Part shown: positions 25,372 to 38,186 of the stretch, piece after piece | How the letters are laid out: every line of letters starts with the position of its first letter | How positions within the stretch are numbered: the stretch's first letter is position 1 | Assembly (NCBI RefSeq): GCF_006345805.1 | Contig: NC_043004.1 | Location: 65,038,001-65,102,000 of the forward strand | Reading direction: 5' to 3' | DNA: 64,000 nucleotides | Source: Octopus sinensis | Taxonomy: Eukaryota | Translations under genes and position numbers: made by a program | The notes under the pieces: model-generated | Databases searched by the model: none | The model's input: only the letters and a program-made list of their open reading frames with translations | What the model was told of the DNA's origin: nothing

Positions 25372-25870
25372 TACTCCTCTTATTACTTTCTCATACCGGT
25401 TCATATTTTATCCAATATGAATAATATAATACATGCAAATATGTGTGTACATTTAAGTATGTATTTATGTATATGTATGTATATGTATGTATATGTATGA
25501 GTATGTATATGTGTATGTATTTATATTTATAATTTAAACTTATGTACCTCCTAAAATCTCTGAAGCCTAGAGAAACACCCTCACTTTCATCTACTTACTT
25601 CAGTCTACTGGAGGGGTAAAGGTAGAGTAAGGTATTTTTGCCTCTTGGCGAAACAGCTGTAAGATATTTTACCAATTTCTATTCCTGTATGTTATATATT
25701 TTAATAATTACTGGTATCTCTATATATATCATATATGTAATGCATAATATGTTATACATGTATGTATATTGTTGTAATTGTCGTTTTAGTAAATAAATAA
25801 ATAAATTGACATAATATAATGTTTAAAAGTTGATGAATACCACCTATTGATCCCCTCCATTTTCTTATTG

Positions 25871-25960
<90 letters not shown>

Positions 25961-25962
<2 letters not shown>

Positions 25963-26261
25963 AGGCGCAATGGCCTAGTGGTTAGGGCAGCGGACTCGCG
26001 GTCGTAGGATCACGGTTTCGATTCCCAGACCGGGCGTTGTGAGTGTTTATTGAGCGAAAACACCTAAAAGCACCACGAGGCTCTGGCAGGGGGTGGTGAT
26101 CCATGCTATACTCTTTCACCACTCTTTCTCCCACTCTTTCTTCTGTTGGCCTGCTCGCTTAGCCAGCGGGGTGGCGTCATTCGAAGGCTAAAACAATGCG
26201 AACGCATTGTGACCAGCGATGTGCAACTACATCTGATGGATTGGTCAGTTACGTGATGGTG

Positions 26262-26262
<1 letters not shown>
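25961..26262 (+). mobile_element. SINE family C
   Basis: A box tggcctagtgg, B-box-like ggtttcgattccc; head shared with 35681 and 37150. Confidence 0.85.
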
Positions 26263-26292
<30 letters not shown>

Positions 26293-26419
26293 CATACATA
26301 TATGCATACATATATATGCGTATACGTATGTGTATGTGTACGTGTGTCTGTGTGTGTGTGTGTAAAGATAAGAAATGACTCAGAGAACAATTTCACAAAT
26401 ATTCTTCGAATAGGACCAC

Positions 26420-26835
26420 GTGACCATACTGAGGGAGATGAGGATTCACGCAGACAGGGAGATTAAAAAGAAATCCCTTTGATATTATTATCAAAGACCA
26501 TGCCACAAAGAAAGATCTTCTAATCGATGTGTCAATTACTATGGAGGACATTATCTCGCGAAAGGAAACGGAGAAAAAAAAACAAAACAAAAAAGACAAA
26601 AGAACTATCCAAATGTAAAATAGACGAAAAAAAAAACAGATATGGAAATGGCGATTAGCTGGTGTGGGACTGAAAGAAGAAAATGCATTCTTCATAATTA
26701 TACGTGGTTCTGGATTTTCAAAAATAAGACGCTATCAAATGTATATAAAATAAAAGATGATTTTACGCACATTTCTAATATACAGGATATAGCACTGCTT
26801 GAAACTGCTCTTAGAATACTTTTAAGGGGTATTAC
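26420..26835 (+). pseudogene. C-terminal restriction-like endonuclease domain of an R4/Dong-like non-LTR retrotransposon
   Basis: ILREMRIHADREIKKK, frameshift, FDIIIKDHATKKDLLIDVSITMEDIISRKETEK (PD..D-type RLE motif), then ISNIQDIALLETALRIL, similar to the terminal QK.ALLGTA.IL motif. Confidence 0.75.
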
Positions 26836-26912
26836 AGTTAGATATATATACTCATAGAATATTTGTACTAACATGGTACTACTGTATACAGTCAAAGGAT
26901 ACTTTTAATAAA

Positions 26913-27218
26913 ACTAGCATTCAGTCGGTTATGAAGACAAGGTTTCCAGTGGATCTAATCAACGGAACAGCCTCCTTGTGAAATTAGCTTACAAATTAGC
27001 GTACCGTTAATGTAGTTTTCTGGGAGATTCAGCGTGACACAAAATGTGACAAGGCTGGCCCTTTGAAATACATGTACTACTCGTAAATACTAATTGAGTA
27101 TACTGGAACACCGTGAAATAAATTGTCTTGCTCAGCCACACAAAGCGCCGCAGAGAATCGAACCCATAGCCTCACGATGGTGAGCCGAATACCTTAACCA
27201 CTAAACCACGCAGCTTCA
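26913..27218 (-). mobile_element. SINE with CORE-like domain and cgacggaatgccag-type tail
   Basis: Homologous to 34287-34620; head gtggtttagtggttaaggtattcggctcac. Confidence 0.75.
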
Positions 27219-27336
27219 CTCAATACTTCTTATAAAATGCAACTGTTAGACACCTCAATGAATTCTTTTATTAAATTGATTCTCGGCTAGATACTCTGAT
27301 GGTTTCTGATTTATGTACATCAGCGATTTTGAGGAT

Positions 27337-27607
27337 GATGAGAGCAGCTGAAGGTCTTCAAGTCTTCGATGAGCGAGGGCTTGTCTATCGATGCATGTGA
27401 AGACTAGACCCGGTAGACTGTGTAGAGGAAACCACCAACTTATTTCGACGGGCTGTAGAGCCGGCCAGCAAGCTCTGTGGAGCACGGGCAAAGCACAGTG
27501 AGATACGAAGGACATCGCGGCCCCCATTTGATCGCGATTTATGTCTAGTCATCTTGACTTCATCCTATTATTGAAATCAGAAAGGAAGAGACAGGGAGTG
27601 AGATAGA
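27337..27607. mobile_element. Unclassified interspersed repeat, copy 2
   Basis: Homologous to 23455-23728. Confidence 0.55.
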
Positions 27608-28827
27608 CCGGTACCAGAAATTGTACTGGTATAGATCCGGAGGAATCAAAGGCAAAGTTAACCTCTGCACAAATAAGGAAGTCTTTCTACGATCATAGCT
27701 TTTCCCCTCCAACTGCCAGACTTTGGAACTCTATTCCATCTCATTATTTTCTCCCTTCATATGTCCTGAACTTTTCCAAGTCTAAAGTAAATTCGTTCCT
27801 TCCCTTACACTAAATGGTTTATCGCCTTATCTGAGACTTTCGATTAAAAGAAAAGAAAGAACCGAGAATGTTAAGAACCAAAGCAAATATCGCAAAGCAT
27901 TTTATGGAGGGTCTTACGATGCAGTTCAGTGACTTAAACTACTCTTAGGGATAGAAACGTTTGCTTAAAACAGAGTTACTCCTTATTTAAATTTCAGGAA
28001 GAATTGGAGCAAAATATCGCTTTTCTCCACATTACCTCCACCCCCTCCTTTTGTCCTTTAACTGGCTAAAACCGACTCGCTTTTGATCCTCAGCGTTTGC
28101 AAAAGAGTTTACGCCATTGCTGTTTATCTTGATGCTTATAGTGGCGTTGTGTTGTAGTAGCTCTTCGCACTGTGTTTATTGTCTTTCCACTCTTAAATTA
28201 ATGCTTTCCAATTTATTCTTTGCTATTTATATTTTCCAGTGTAATACTAGTGTCTAAGTTTGAAACTCATCTTTGTAATTACATTGCCTCTTTTCCTTTT
28301 TTTCAATTTTAAAATCTGTTTTTAGACTTCAGGATGATAGGGGTTGTATTTCTTTTCGTATGTCAGTTTATTGCCACCACTGGTGTAGCTAATACCCTTC
28401 CTGTTTCTTTTGAGAAAGCTATTTTGAACTACGAATAACAATACAAATGGCTGTTTGCCAAAAATATATGCTGGCTGTTAAAAATATGTAAAGACAGACT
28501 TCTCTTCCACTTCAGGTAATGGGGGTGGACCACCACCCCAAAAGATCCGAAAGACTTAGTAAGACTAGAAACTGGAACAAAACTTTTTTTCCAAAAGTAA
28601 TCTAATTAAAATGAATTTTTCTCTGAGCTCCGATACACACATTCATTCGCTTCCGCATTCAACAACACCACTGCCAACACCAGCACCGCCAACAGCAATA
28701 AAAAGCTACCAAATGTTTCCAATTTAGGCAGATGGCCAAAGGCTGTGAGCTGGAAGAATCGTTATCGCCACGTTTCTTCCGGGTTTACGTTCTGACTTCA
28801 AATCACGCCGAGGACGACCTTGACTTT

Positions 28828-28892
<65 letters not shown>

Positions 28893-28896
28893 CATT

Positions 28897-28970
<74 letters not shown>

Positions 28971-29061
28971 GTTGTTGTTGTTGTTGTTGTTATTATTATT
29001 ATATTATTATTATTATTATTATCATTATTTCCATTATTATCATTATTATTATTCTTTTCTT

Positions 29062-29464
29062 TCTTTCTATTACTTGTTTCAATCGACTGCGGCCATGCTG
29101 GAGCTGCGCCTTTAGTCGAGCAAATCGACCCCAGGACTTATTCTTTGTAAGCCCAGTACTTATTCTATCGATCTCTTTTGCCGAACCGCTAAGTGACGGG
29201 GACATAAACACACAAGCATCGGTTGTCAAACAATGCTAGGGGGACAAACACAGACACACAAACACACACACATACACATACATATATATATATATACATA
29301 TATACGACGGGCTTCTTTCAGTTTCCGTCTACCAAATCCACTCACAAGGCTTTGGTCGGCCCAAGGCTATAGTAGAAGACACTTGCCCAAGGTGCCACAC
29401 AGTGGGACTGAACCCGGAAGCATGTGGTTGGTAAACAAGATACTTACCACACAGCCACTCCTGC
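29062..29464 (-). mobile_element. SINE family A, full length, inside an (ATT)n tract
   Basis: Complete head-to-tail match to other A copies; (ATT)n on both sides. Confidence 0.9.
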
Positions 29465-29522
<58 letters not shown>

Positions 29523-29644
29523 TAGTTTTATTTTTATAGCGTGCTTTCACTTCACAACCGAGCGCAGCTCTGTGTGCCTTGAGTATGTGCTGTGATTTGT
29601 TGTGATGCTCTGATGGTTATTGTATGGAAAGTGTTCTGCGTAGG

Positions 29645-29686
<42 letters not shown>

Positions 29687-29999
29687 TTATTATTATTATT
29701 ATTATTATTATCATTATTATTATTATTATTAATTGAAAATGATTTAAAATAGTGTCCATGTCAATTTGTTGATTTATTGTTCGCAGATCTTCTTCAGCCG
29801 CATTTCTTACTTGACGATCCACACCTGTTTACACAGTTGTCTGATCTCATCACTTTTGGATGCTTGAAATGGGAACTTGTATTTGCTTACGATGCTTGCG
29901 AATATTTATAATACCTGTACGTACTTCAACACCAGTTTCCATTACTTGCCCACATACACATGTATCTGTATTTAATGGATATCTAGGTTTACATGCATA

Positions 30000-30037
<38 letters not shown>

Positions 30038-30202
30038 CAGAGATGTATATACATACGTGCATGCATACACACATACACACATACATACATAGTACATAAT
30101 GCATATGCAAACATATATTCATGCACATGCATATATATATATATGTATGTGTTTGTATGTATGTATATACGTATACATGCGTACATATAAACATACATAC
30201 AT

Positions 30203-30233
<31 letters not shown>

Positions 30234-30627
30234 CATATATACATATATATATATGTACATACTTACATGTATATTTATATATATTATATATGTGTGTATG
30301 TGTGTATGTATGTGTATATATATTAATATATACATATATAAATATTTATATCATGCATGCATGTGTATGTATGTGTGTATGTACACCCACACCCACATAC
30401 ATATAGTGTGTGTATGTGTGAGTTTGTGTGTGTGTGTGTGTGTGTGTTTCGTTGTGCATAATCTGTGTGTGCAGAGTGGGACAGAAAGAGGCTTCTGTCC
30501 TCACGGTTTGAGGGAAAGACGAAGAACGAGATTTCAAGTGGACTGTGAATGAAGGAGGAGACGCGAAGAGAGAGAGAGAGAGAAAGAGGAGGAGAGACAG
30601 ATAGATAGAGAGAGAGAGAGAGAGAGT

Positions 30628-30683
<56 letters not shown>

Positions 30684-31071
30684 CTAAGAAAACATTGTTA
30701 TACCTATATTTTGTATTAAATATGTATCAATGAGCTTGTTGTACACAACTGTGTGCCATCAAAACATTGTTTCTTAATACAAGAAATATCGACATCGATG
30801 AAATAACGAGAAACAGTTGATTCCTTTTGCTGATTTCTTCAGAAAAGTGATTATGCATCATTTATCGTGTATTAATTACGATGCAGCTGACAGAATCGTT
30901 AACGCGTCGAACAAAATGTTTGGCAGCATTTCGTCATCCCTTACCTTCTGCGTTCAAATTCCGCTGATATTGACTCTGCCGTTCCCCCTTTCGGTAATGC
31001 ACTAGTATCGATGTAATCGACTAGCCCCGTCATGCGAACTTGCTACCCTGTGCCAATACTTGAAACCATTA

Positions 31072-31103
<32 letters not shown>

Positions 31104-31190
31104 GTTATTATTATTATTTTTGTTGTTATTATTATTATTATTATTATTATCATTATTATTATTATATTATTATTATTATTGTTGTTGTTG

Positions 31191-31242
<52 letters not shown>

Positions 31243-31243
31243 C

Positions 31244-31820
31244 ATTGAGTGAGAGAGCAGTGCATGCCATCAAAGTGACACTGGGGTAAAATATACGAAG
31301 CCCAATATACCCATCATGACTACCCGTCTGATAAAGGTACACCAGGCACATGCATCACAACCATATGTGCGCGACATGGTGATCTCATATCAAGATAAAC
31401 AGCACATGACCTTGCAGGTGGGGCCCAGTTAGAATTTCTTCAGGTTGAGTAGCCCATCCCGCTCAAACGGTCCCTGAATAAGGGTTGTTTAAGGATGTTG
31501 AAAGAACCATCCATGTTTCCAGAGATGAACTATTCAAACCCCAAAGAATCCCTCTCAACACATGGCTATGATGCTCCCCCACTACTTCTGCTCGTGATCA
31601 GAGATGCACATATCGTCAGCCACTAAGGGACATGCTCAACTGGTTATGGTCAAACAACCGACAAGCAAATCTGTGGTATCGAGCAGAATATTTGCTGTAG
31701 CCCATCTTTTATACCAAGACAAACCAATGTACATGATAACACTTCCAATCAGTTAAGATCAGAAGCCATGAGAGCCACTGCCTGGTACTGCATCAGGGCA
31801 TTGGTACTGCATCAGGGCAT
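31244..31820 (-). mobile_element. Non-coding retroposon-like element ('family E') embedded in (TTA)n on both sides
   Basis: Homologous to 32238-32565 and 51094-51339; all copies keep the end gcactgctctctcactcaat(aat)n; 19-bp terminal tandem duplication tggtactgcatcagggcat. Confidence 0.7.
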
Positions 31821-31838
31821 TTATTATTATTATTATTA

Positions 31839-31873
<35 letters not shown>

Positions 31874-31889
31874 GTTATTATTGTTATTA

Positions 31890-31924
<35 letters not shown>

Positions 31925-32006
31925 GTTATTGTTATTATTATTATTATAATTATTATTATTATAGTTATTATTATTATTATTATTATGATTGTTATTATTT
32001 TTATTA

Positions 32007-32044
<38 letters not shown>

Positions 32045-32188
32045 GTTATTGTTATTATTATTATTATAATTATTATTATTGTTGTTATTGTTGTTGTTAT
32101 TATTATTATTATTATTGTTGTTGTTGTTGTTATTATTATTATTATTATTTTTGTTGTTATTATTATTGTTATTGTTATTGTTATTGTT

Positions 32189-32221
<33 letters not shown>

Positions 32222-32237
32222 ATAATTATTATTATTA

Positions 32238-32565
32238 ATGAGTGAGGGAGCAGTGCATGTCATCAAAGTGACACTTGGATACAAATATACGAAGCCAAGT
32301 ATACCCATCATGACTACCCGTCTGATAAGAGTACTCTACGCACATGCATCTCAACCATATGTGCGCAACATGGTGATCTCATATTAAGATAAACAGCACA
32401 TGACCTTGCAGGTGGGGCCCAGTTAGAATTTTTCTTCTGGTCGAGTGACCCCTCCCGCTCAAAAAGTCTTTGAATAAGGGTTATTTAAGGATGTTCAACG
32501 AAACACCTATGTTTCCAGAGGTGAATTATTCAAACCCCAAAGAATCCCTCTCAACACATGGCTAT
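32238..32565 (-). mobile_element. Family E, truncated copy
   Basis: Matches 31246-31570; truncated at a TA tract. Confidence 0.75.
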
Positions 32566-32599
32566 ATTATATATATATATATACATACATATATGTATA

Positions 32600-32760
32600 C
32601 GCAGGCTTCTTTCAGTTTCCGTTTACCAAATCCACTGTTAAGGCTTTGGTCGGCCCGAAGTTGTAGTAGGAGTCACGTGCCCAAGGTGCCACGTAGTGGA
32701 ACTGAACCCGGAACATTGTGGATAGGAAGCAAGCATCTTACCACACAGCCACGCCTGCGC
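32600..32760 (-). mobile_element. SINE family A, 5' half
   Basis: Head and core present; ends at the internal microsatellite position. Confidence 0.8.
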
Positions 32761-32825
32761 ATATATATATATATACATACACACACACACCATACACACA
32801 CACACGCATATATATATATTATATA

Positions 32826-32864
<39 letters not shown>

Positions 32865-32886
32865 TATATACATATATACATATACG

Positions 32887-33750
32887 CAGTTTAATGCTGA
32901 AAAATTCTCAGCCCTTCACTTCCAGCATTCAAAACTGAATATGAAACTTACAAGGTACACAGGTCTTTGGGAATTTCAATCCCAGAGCTTAAGTCAGTGA
33001 GGTACCTGGGTATAGACATAAGTGATGATACCTTTTTCCAAGTGCACATTACCAGGAGGACGACAAAGTGTAGACGGCTAGCTGGATGGATCCTAAGAAC
33101 ATTCAGAACCAGAGATAAGGAAACCATGATGGTCCACTTGCGGACATTCGTCCTCAGCCACCTGGATTACTGCTCACAGATATAGTCACCCGCCAGTGTG
33201 AAATTAACATCGGACCTTGAAGCAATCCAGGGAAGATTCTCAAAGAAGATCGTCTCTTTGCAACAGCCCAGCTACTAGGAAAGTTTGAAACAGCTAAGAC
33301 TCTACTCGCTGGAGAGAAAACGGGAGAGGTATGCAGTAATAGATATCTGGAAGATCCTGGAAGGAATTGCGCCAAATTTTGGCATTGAAAGCTACACCAA
33401 TGCCAGAACGGGACGACACTGCATAGTGCCAAAAATCCCAGCAACACTTCAGGGCCAGTTACTGCAACAGCCTGGTTTTCAGGGGACCACAGCTTTTTAA
33501 TATTCTCCGAAAGATCCCGAGGAACCCGCACAAATTAGATATAGGTGTTTTCAAATCAAAGCTGGACCTTTTTCTGCCGAGAGTTCCAGATTAACATACC
33601 TCACGGCAAGAGGTGCAAATGAGGGTAGCTATATCAAACTCCATTCTTCATCAAGTGCCACAAGGAAGCTCTCAGTAATAACAGTGTCACAAAACGGCGG
33701 TGCATCAGCATGGCCGCAGCTCTGAGCTGAAACTAGAGAATATAAAAAAA
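32887..33750 (+). pseudogene. CR1-group LINE, 3' end of ORF2 plus 3' UTR
   Basis: QFNAEKF, SVRYLGIDISDD, WILRTFRTRDKETMM..RTFVLSHLDYCSQI*SP, LEAIQ, LKQLRLYSLERKRERY..IWKILEG: typical post-RT region of CR1-like ORF2, with stops and frameshifts. Confidence 0.9.
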
Positions 33751-34286
33751 TATATGAAATAAATACGACTCTAATCGGTCCATGTCTGTGTCACACAAAC
33801 TATTAACCAAGCCATCTGCTAAATATATTTTTCCCACGGAACCTTATTAGTATTCCAAACTTAAAAGAGACCATAATGTATTCAAAACATGCTTGACTAA
33901 GAATTAGTTATGTTTTGATGCTCAATAGAACGTAGTGAGTAGATTGAATCGGAAAATTACAAACAAATCTCATTTCGTATTTGTTTCCGTTATTAATATC
34001 AGATTTCAATTTAGGCAAAAATGATGTTGCTTTAGTGTAGATTTATTTTTGTATCATGTTTTTATTTCATTTTATTTATTTATTTTTCTTTTGTAATGAG
34101 AACTTTACTGTACAGCTTTCGTTTTGCAGACTTATGTTGAGACGACGAAGCGATATGAGAATCCAGTTGATCGCCATTACTGGACTCGGAGGCAACACGC
34201 TTGTATAAGAATATTTATATTGTATTCATTCTGTGAATCCCATCCTGTGTCTCTTCTTTTTTAATTTTTCATATAGAAAGAACCAA

Positions 34287-34620
34287 CTGGCATTCCGTCG
34301 GCTATGACGACGAGGGTTCCATTTGATCGGATCAACGGTATAGCCTGTTCGTAAAATTAACGTGCAAGTGGCTGAGCCCTTCACAGACATTTGTATCCTT
34401 AACGTAGTTCTCAGGGAAACTCAGCGTGACACAGCGTAACACAGTGTGTGACAAAGCTGGCTCTTTAAAATACAGCTACTTCTGATTTTTGCCAGCTGAG
34501 TGGAATAGAGCAACTTGGAATAAAGTGCCTTGCCCTTGACACAACGCATCACCGGGAATTGAACTGACGACCTTACAATCGTGAGCCGCACACTCTAACC
34601 ACTAAGCCACGCGCCTTCAC
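34287..34620 (-). mobile_element. SINE with CORE-like domain, full length
   Basis: Head gaaggcgcgtggcttagtggttagagtg, B-box-like agttcaattccc, tail cgacggaatgccag. Confidence 0.85.
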
Positions 34621-34855
34621 ATATAAAGAACATCAGTTGTTATTATCGTTAGTGCCAAGCTGGCGATCTGACAGAATTGTTAGTAAACCGGGCAATATGC
34701 TTTTCGTCATTACGTCCTGAATTCAAATTTCCCTCTGAGGCCGATTTTGTCTTTCATCATTTCAGGTTCGATAAAAGTAAGCACAGAGATCGACTTTATC
34801 GATTTACCCAATCGCCCGAAACTGCCTTGTGTCAATATTTGGAACCATTTCAATT

Positions 34856-35174
34856 ACGGAAGTGACCTTGGCAAAGTCTTTAGCAAACCGGATGAAATGC
34901 GTGGCGGCATTTCGTCCGTCGCTACGTTCTGAGGTCAATTCCATCGAGGTCGACTTTGCCTTTCACCCTTTCAGGGCCGATAAATTAAGTACCAGTGAAA
35001 CACTGGGTCGATGTAATCAACTAGTCTTCCGACGCCCTCAAAATTTCAGGCCTTGTGCCTATAGTAGAAAGAATTCTTCTTCTTCTTCTTCTTCTTCTTC
35101 TTCTTCTTCTTCTTCTTCTTCTTCTTCTTCTTCTTCTTCTCCTCCTCCTCCTCCCCTTCTCCTCCTTCTTCCTA

Positions 35175-35233
<59 letters not shown>

Positions 35234-35235
35234 GA
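34856..35235 (+). mobile_element. SINE family B with tail expanded as (CTT)n then (ATT)n
   Basis: Ends ggccttgtgcctatagtagaaagaatt followed directly by (CTT)n, (CCT)n and (ATT)n; another degenerate B copy lies upstream at about 34656-34850. Confidence 0.85.
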
Positions 35236-35680
35236 GGCAGTAAGCTGGCAGAATGGTGAGCACACTCTTGTTCCATTAAGTGGTTTCTTATTTCGACATA
35301 AAGCGATCGAAATCAAATCGACGGGGCTGATCGATGTCATCGATACTATAAGTACACTGATATTTTATGTTATAGACCCCGAAATCCTTGATGGGATTTT
35401 AAACCGGAACCTGAAATAACAACCAAATAACTCGTAACATTTGTCGGATGGTCTAACCCTTCTGGTGTATTAAATAAGACAAAGTCACATTAAATAATAG
35501 CAAGCTTGCATGGTCCTGGCTGGATTGGTTTGCAAATCTGAAGTAATTGGTTTGTTAATGAGTATGTTTGAGAAAGGACAGAATAATTGTGCTTAAAAAG
35601 GACGTTGGACATAGGTGAGTTCGATTAGGACTGACCTGGGATTAAACAACACACTTATAGTTCAGCAATATGTAAATTGT

Positions 35681-35974
35681 GGAGGCACTTGGCCTAGTGG
35701 TTAGAGCAGCGGACTCGCGGTCGAGGAATCGCAGGTTCGAATCTCAGACAGAGTGATGTGTGTGTTTATGTGCGAAACACCTGAGCTCCACGCGACTCCG
35801 GCAGAACGTAATGGCGAACTTCTGCTGACTCTTTCGCCACAACTTTCTCTCACTCTTTCCTCCTGCATCTTGCAGCTCACCTGCGTCGGACTGGCGTCCC
35901 GCCCAAGTATACGTCAAGGAAACTGGGAAACCGGCCCTAATGAGCCAGGTGTGGCTGAAGAAGGAAAAAACAAT
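35681..35974 (+). mobile_element. SINE family C
   Basis: A box tggcctagtgg, B box ggttcgaatc; homologous to 37150-37372. Confidence 0.85.
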
Positions 35975-37149
35975 ATGTAACTTAAGATAGGTACGCCATG
36001 TGTATACGGAAGGATAATCACAGATCCCTTTATGCAAAACAAAGATAAGCTTTAGAGAGGTATCTATTGTATTATAGGCCTTACTGGTAGATTAAAGAAT
36101 ATTTCGAAAAAGCTACGGGATATCTTCATAAGCAAGAATGGTAAAAATGTTTATGGAAAAGAGGTGGAGAGATAGTAGGGAAATTAGATGTGGTTTTCTG
36201 AAAAAAAGAAACTGTATTGAAAATTGTATAAAGAATATAGAATATACGTAAGATATTGGAGTATATATAGATACATTGTTAATGGAATTTGAGGAGAACT
36301 GTGTAATTATTATGCGGCTGTTCTAGGAATATATTTAGAAAAGCCACGAACATCTAAAATGCTTTTCTTCTGTCATATTAAAGAAAAAAGATAGCTAACA
36401 GTCCGTTCTCTCACAAAAAATTTACGATGAATTACTATTGTTTTCCCAAATCGAGATAAAACAGAAGCAAAAAAAATATAATGATAATAATAATAATGAT
36501 AATAATAATGATAATAATAATAATATTGAAAATAAAAACTATACACACTAGAATTTCGCTAACAGAAGGAAAATTATTATGAATAATGAGGGATGTTTTG
36601 GAGGAGTGTGTGTATGAATACATACACATACATGCACATATATATATATATATATATATATATGAATATATATATGTATATATATGTGTGTGTGTGTGTG
36701 TGTATATATGTATATATATGTGTGTGTATGTGTACATCCATACATATACACGTACAAATATATATGTATACATACACACACACATAATGAAATACAGGAC
36801 ACTCTAAAAATGCATAGCAACCGTAAAAATGTGCTCTTTACGTTCTCAGTAAAATTTATACAATAAATATCATTGTATCACAAGCCGTACCCACGGAAAT
36901 CCCGAGGTTATTTTTAAAACTTCAAGTGAGCTGCAAGATTATAGAGAACTATTTAATATTTACAACCTATTTTGAAATTACACATCCTATGAATCATTGA
37001 GTTCTTAAGATTCCGTAATTGTCCACATATGTGGTACGGAATGTGTGGTCTTTGGGATATAACATTTCTGAAAGCTATATTTCTTGTTATACATACATCG
37101 CCTCCTCTCTCTTGAGAGTCTTTATCTATTATTTTTCCTTGGCGTAGAG

Positions 37150-37372
37150 GTTCCCCACCTGGACCGGACGCCGGTCTGTCGCAGGTGAGCTGCAAGATGC
37201 AGGAGGAAAAAGTGAGAGAAAGTTGTGGCGAAAGAGTCAGCAGAAGTTCGCCATTACCGCATGGAGCTTAGGTGTTTCGCACATAAACACACACATCGTC
37301 CAGTTTGAGATTCGAACCCGCGATCCCTCGACCGAGAGTCCTCTGCTCTAACCACTAGGCCATGTGCCTTCA
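37150..37372 (-). mobile_element. SINE family C, inverted relative to 35681
   Basis: Reverse complement of gaaggcacatggcctagtggttagagcag..gggttcgaatctc. Confidence 0.85.
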
Positions 37373-37642
37373 CCTAACAAGTATAACGTACTGATTTACA
37401 TCCCTATTTTCTGGTCAGAGAAAAGTTCGTGTGGCTAGATTAGAATCCATAGTCCCACCGAATGACATATCAATAATATAGACGTAAATTTTGACTTTAT
37501 GGTTAAAACGTTTGGATTGCAACCGTGTGGTTATTGGTTTTGTTTCACAGCATAGGAACCTAGACAAATGCATTCTGCTATGGTTTTGAGCTGATTGTTT
37601 CTTTGAGTAAAATGTGGTTGACAGAAACAGTACGGAAGTCAT

Positions 37643-37875
37643 GCGGCGAGCTAGCAGAAACGTTAGCACGCCGGGCGAAATGCTTGACATTTCGCCAACA
37701 TCGCTTGACAACCGATGCTGGTGTGTTTATGTCCCTGTAACTTAGTGGTTCGGCAAAAGAGACCGATATAACAAGTAATGAGCTTCTAAAGAATGAGTCC
37801 TGGGGTTGATTTGCTCGACTAAAGGCTTTGCTCCAGCATGGCCGCAGTCAAATGACTGAAACAAGTAAAAGAAAA
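37643..37875 (+). mobile_element. Chimeric SINE: family B head joined to family A 3' half
   Basis: gcggcgagctagcagaaacgttagcacgccgggcgaaatgctt..catttcg then ccaacatcgcttgacaaccgatgctggtgtg..ccagcatggccgcagtcaaatgactgaaac. Confidence 0.8.
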
Positions 37876-37968
37876 ATAAAAGAGAAAAAGGAAACGAAAA
37901 ACGGATGGTCTATAACAAAGAAAAGCGCAAACAATCATGGAGATTACTACTATTTTATTTTTTATTTT

Positions 37969-38144
37969 TAAGGCGGCGAGCTGGCAGAATCGATAGAATT
38001 CTGAACAAAATGCTTAGTGGTATTTCGTCCGACTTTAAGCCCTGAGCTCAAATTCCGTCGCAGTCGATAAATTAAGTACCAGTCAAGTGCCGGGGTCGAT
38101 GTGATCAAATGTCCCCGTCTCTACAAAAATCCACAGTAGAAAGA

Positions 38145-38185
<41 letters not shown>
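37969..38185 (+). mobile_element. SINE family B with (ATT)n tail, internal deletion
   Basis: aaggcggcgagctggcagaatc head; ends agtagaaagaattattatt. Confidence 0.85.

Positions 38186-38186
<1 letters not shown>

Noticed and set aside
25600-25664. GAAACAGCUGUAAGA half-motif like those at 44.6-45.6 kb
   Set aside because: The CUGAUGA half is not recognisable; a probable PLE remnant but not callable as a ribozyme.
25961-26030. tRNA-like sequences with A and B boxes (also at 35681, 40322 and others)
   Set aside because: They lack a complete cloverleaf and acceptor stem and continue into SINE bodies, so they are SINE heads and not tRNA genes.
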